A stretch of DNA of 64,000 nucleotides, from contig CAWVIV010000014.1 in assembly GCA_963929435.1 (NCBI GenBank), positions 40,349 to 104,348 on the forward strand, written 5' to 3'. Under the pieces are notes generated by a model. It was given only the letters and a program-made list of their open reading frames with translations. It was not told the DNA's origin and did no database searches. Positions 62,681 through 64,000 of the stretch are shown in pieces. The stretch's first letter is position 1; each line of letters begins with the position of its first letter. The translations under genes and the position numbers were made by a program. This DNA comes from an uncultured Bacilli bacterium (GTDB lineage: Bacteria > Bacillota_I > Bacilli_A > RF39 > UBA660).

Positions 62681-64000
62681 TGCGGACCCTGGTGCTGTAA
62701 GTGGTGGTTTACAAGAGAAAGATTTTACATTAGAAGCTTCTTTATATATGGCTGATAGATTAAAAGAGTTAGGTATACCTGTTGTTTTAACTAGAGATTA
62801 TGATGAGAATATAAGTAGAACAGAAAGACTTAGACGTGCTAATGAAGCTTTTGGTGGTAGTCCTAATGCTATACTTATATCTAATCATATAAATGCTGGA
62901 GGTGGAGAAGGGGCTGAAGTTATTTATGCTTTACGTAATAATTCTACTTTAGCACAATCTATCTTGGAAGAAATAGGTAGTGAAGGACAAATTATGCGTA
63001 AATACTATCAAAGAAGACTTCCTGAAGATCCATCAAAAGACTACTATTACATTATTAGAGAAACTACTCCTATGCAGTCAGTGTTAGTAGAATATGGTTT
63101 TATTGATAATGCTAATGATAGAGTTAAATTACAAAATGATTTATTAAACTATGTGGAAGCGGTAGTTAGAGCGATAGCAGAGTATGCTGGTGTTCCTTAT
63201 ACTCCTCCTGAGGGTAGTGGTAATAATTTCTATACTGTAGTAAAAGGTGATAGCTTATGGAGTATTGCTAATCGTTTCGGGGTTACAGTCCAAGCTTTAA
63301 GAGATGCTAATAACTTAACTAGTGATGTGTTAAGTGTAGGACAAATTTTAAGAATACCTGGTAGTAATGAAGGTGATGAAATTGTTCCTCCAAGTGGTAA
63401 TGTCACTTATACTGTGCAAAGAGGAGATAGCCTTTGGAGCATAGCAAGTCGTTATGGAATAAGTGTTAATGATTTAAGACGTGCCAATAATCTTACTAGT
63501 GATACTTTAAGTATAGGGCAAGTTTTAATAATCCCAGGAGTAGGTAGTGGTAATGATAATATTACAGGACCATCTACTACTTATACTGTTGTAAAAGGTG
63601 ATAGCTTGTGGAGCATTGCCAATCGTTTTGGAGTTACAGTCCAAGCTTTAAGAGATGCTAATATTTTAACTAGTGATGTGTTAAGTGTAGGGCAGGTATT
63701 AACTATACCAGGTGTTAGTGGAGAAGAAGATAATGGTGAAGATGAGGATAATGGAGCAGTCTTTTATTATACTGTAGAGCGGGGAGATAGTCTTTGGAGT
63801 ATAGCAAGACGTTTTGGCGTTACGGTTCAAGAAATAAGAGATGCTAATGATTTAACGAGTGATACTTTAAGTGTTGGACAATCTTTAATAATTCCAGGGA
63901 TTAGTGCAGGAGATGACTTAGAAGATAATGAAGAAAATGATACAGTTCCTACTACTTATACAGTAGCCTCTGGTGATAGTCTATGGAGCATTGCTAATCG
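62631..64000 (+). CDS. N-acetylmuramoyl-L-alanine amidase (Amidase_3) with at least 5 C-terminal LysM repeats, 3' end outside window
   Basis: Not in the ORF track because no stop lies inside the window. AGAGGTGA RBS. VVVDAGHGGADPGA, NHINAGGGEGAEV, then repeated Y(T/Y)V(V/Q/E)(K/R)GDSLWSIA.R(F/Y)G modules from about 63231. Confidence 0.9.
   Translation, partial: MNERRVTGVVVDAGHGGADPGAVSGGLQEKDFTLEASLYMADRLKELGIPVVLTRDYDENISRTERLRRANEAFGGSPNAILISNHINAGGGEGAEVIYALRNNSTLAQSILEEIGSEGQIMRKYYQRRLPEDPSKDYYYIIRETTPMQSVLVEYGFIDNANDRVKLQNDLLNYVEAVVRAIAEYAGVPYTPPEGSGNNFYTVVKGDSLWSIANRFGVTVQALRDANNLTSDVLSVGQILRIPGSNEGDEIVPPSGNVTYTVQRGDSLWSIASRYGISVNDLRRANNLTSDTLSIGQVLIIPGVGSGNDNITGPSTTYTVVKGDSLWSIANRFGVTVQALRDANILTSDVLSVGQVLTIPGVSGEEDNGEDEDNGAVFYYTVERGDSLWSIARRFGVTVQEIRDANDLTSDTLSVGQSLIIPGISAGDDLEDNEENDTVPTTYTVASGDSLWSIAN

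Overview
AT-rich (about 28-30% GC by eye) chromosomal segment from a low-GC, spore-forming Firmicute, judged from EzrA, a SleB-type hydrolase, a BclA-like collagen protein, a PASTA protein, YfhO, a T-box-controlled tyrS and TTG/GTG starts. Nt 1-23700 is mostly housekeeping: GH31, SDR, a degenerate EcfA pair, truA, murI, tyrS, rpsD, ezrA, an ABC exporter, plus hypothetical membrane proteins. Nt 23700-41700 is an accessory zone next to tRNA-Trp holding five different IS elements (IS1634, IS4-like, IS1182, IS1595, IS66/ISBst12-like), four of them with ends I could map to the base. It also holds tandem DUF3048 paralogs, YfhO and an Abi_2 abortive-infection gene whose 3' end was replaced by an IS insertion. 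Nt 41700-51000 is core again: pta, exoIII, an ASST-like protein, DUF1848, a GH25 lysozyme and an M18 aminopeptidase, with a candidate type I toxin locus in one spacer. The most interesting part is nt 50991-62680. A 96-bp segment (RBS plus the first 17 codons of an Amidase_3/LysM gene) occurs three times in direct orientation and brackets two tandem cargo islands that encode no recombinase. Island A carries a 1744-aa SF1 helicase fused to a Vsr/DUF559-like nuclease, a PC4/YdbC-like gene and a decayed MobV relaxase. Island B carries a small hydrophobic peptide gene and a three-gene operon: a Pol-beta nucleotidyltransferase, a degenerate class-I aaRS-like zinc-ribbon protein and an S51 peptidase. 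I cannot match that operon to any described system. No CRISPR array or rRNA was seen. All calls come from reading the sequence and ORF translations by eye; no database search was run.
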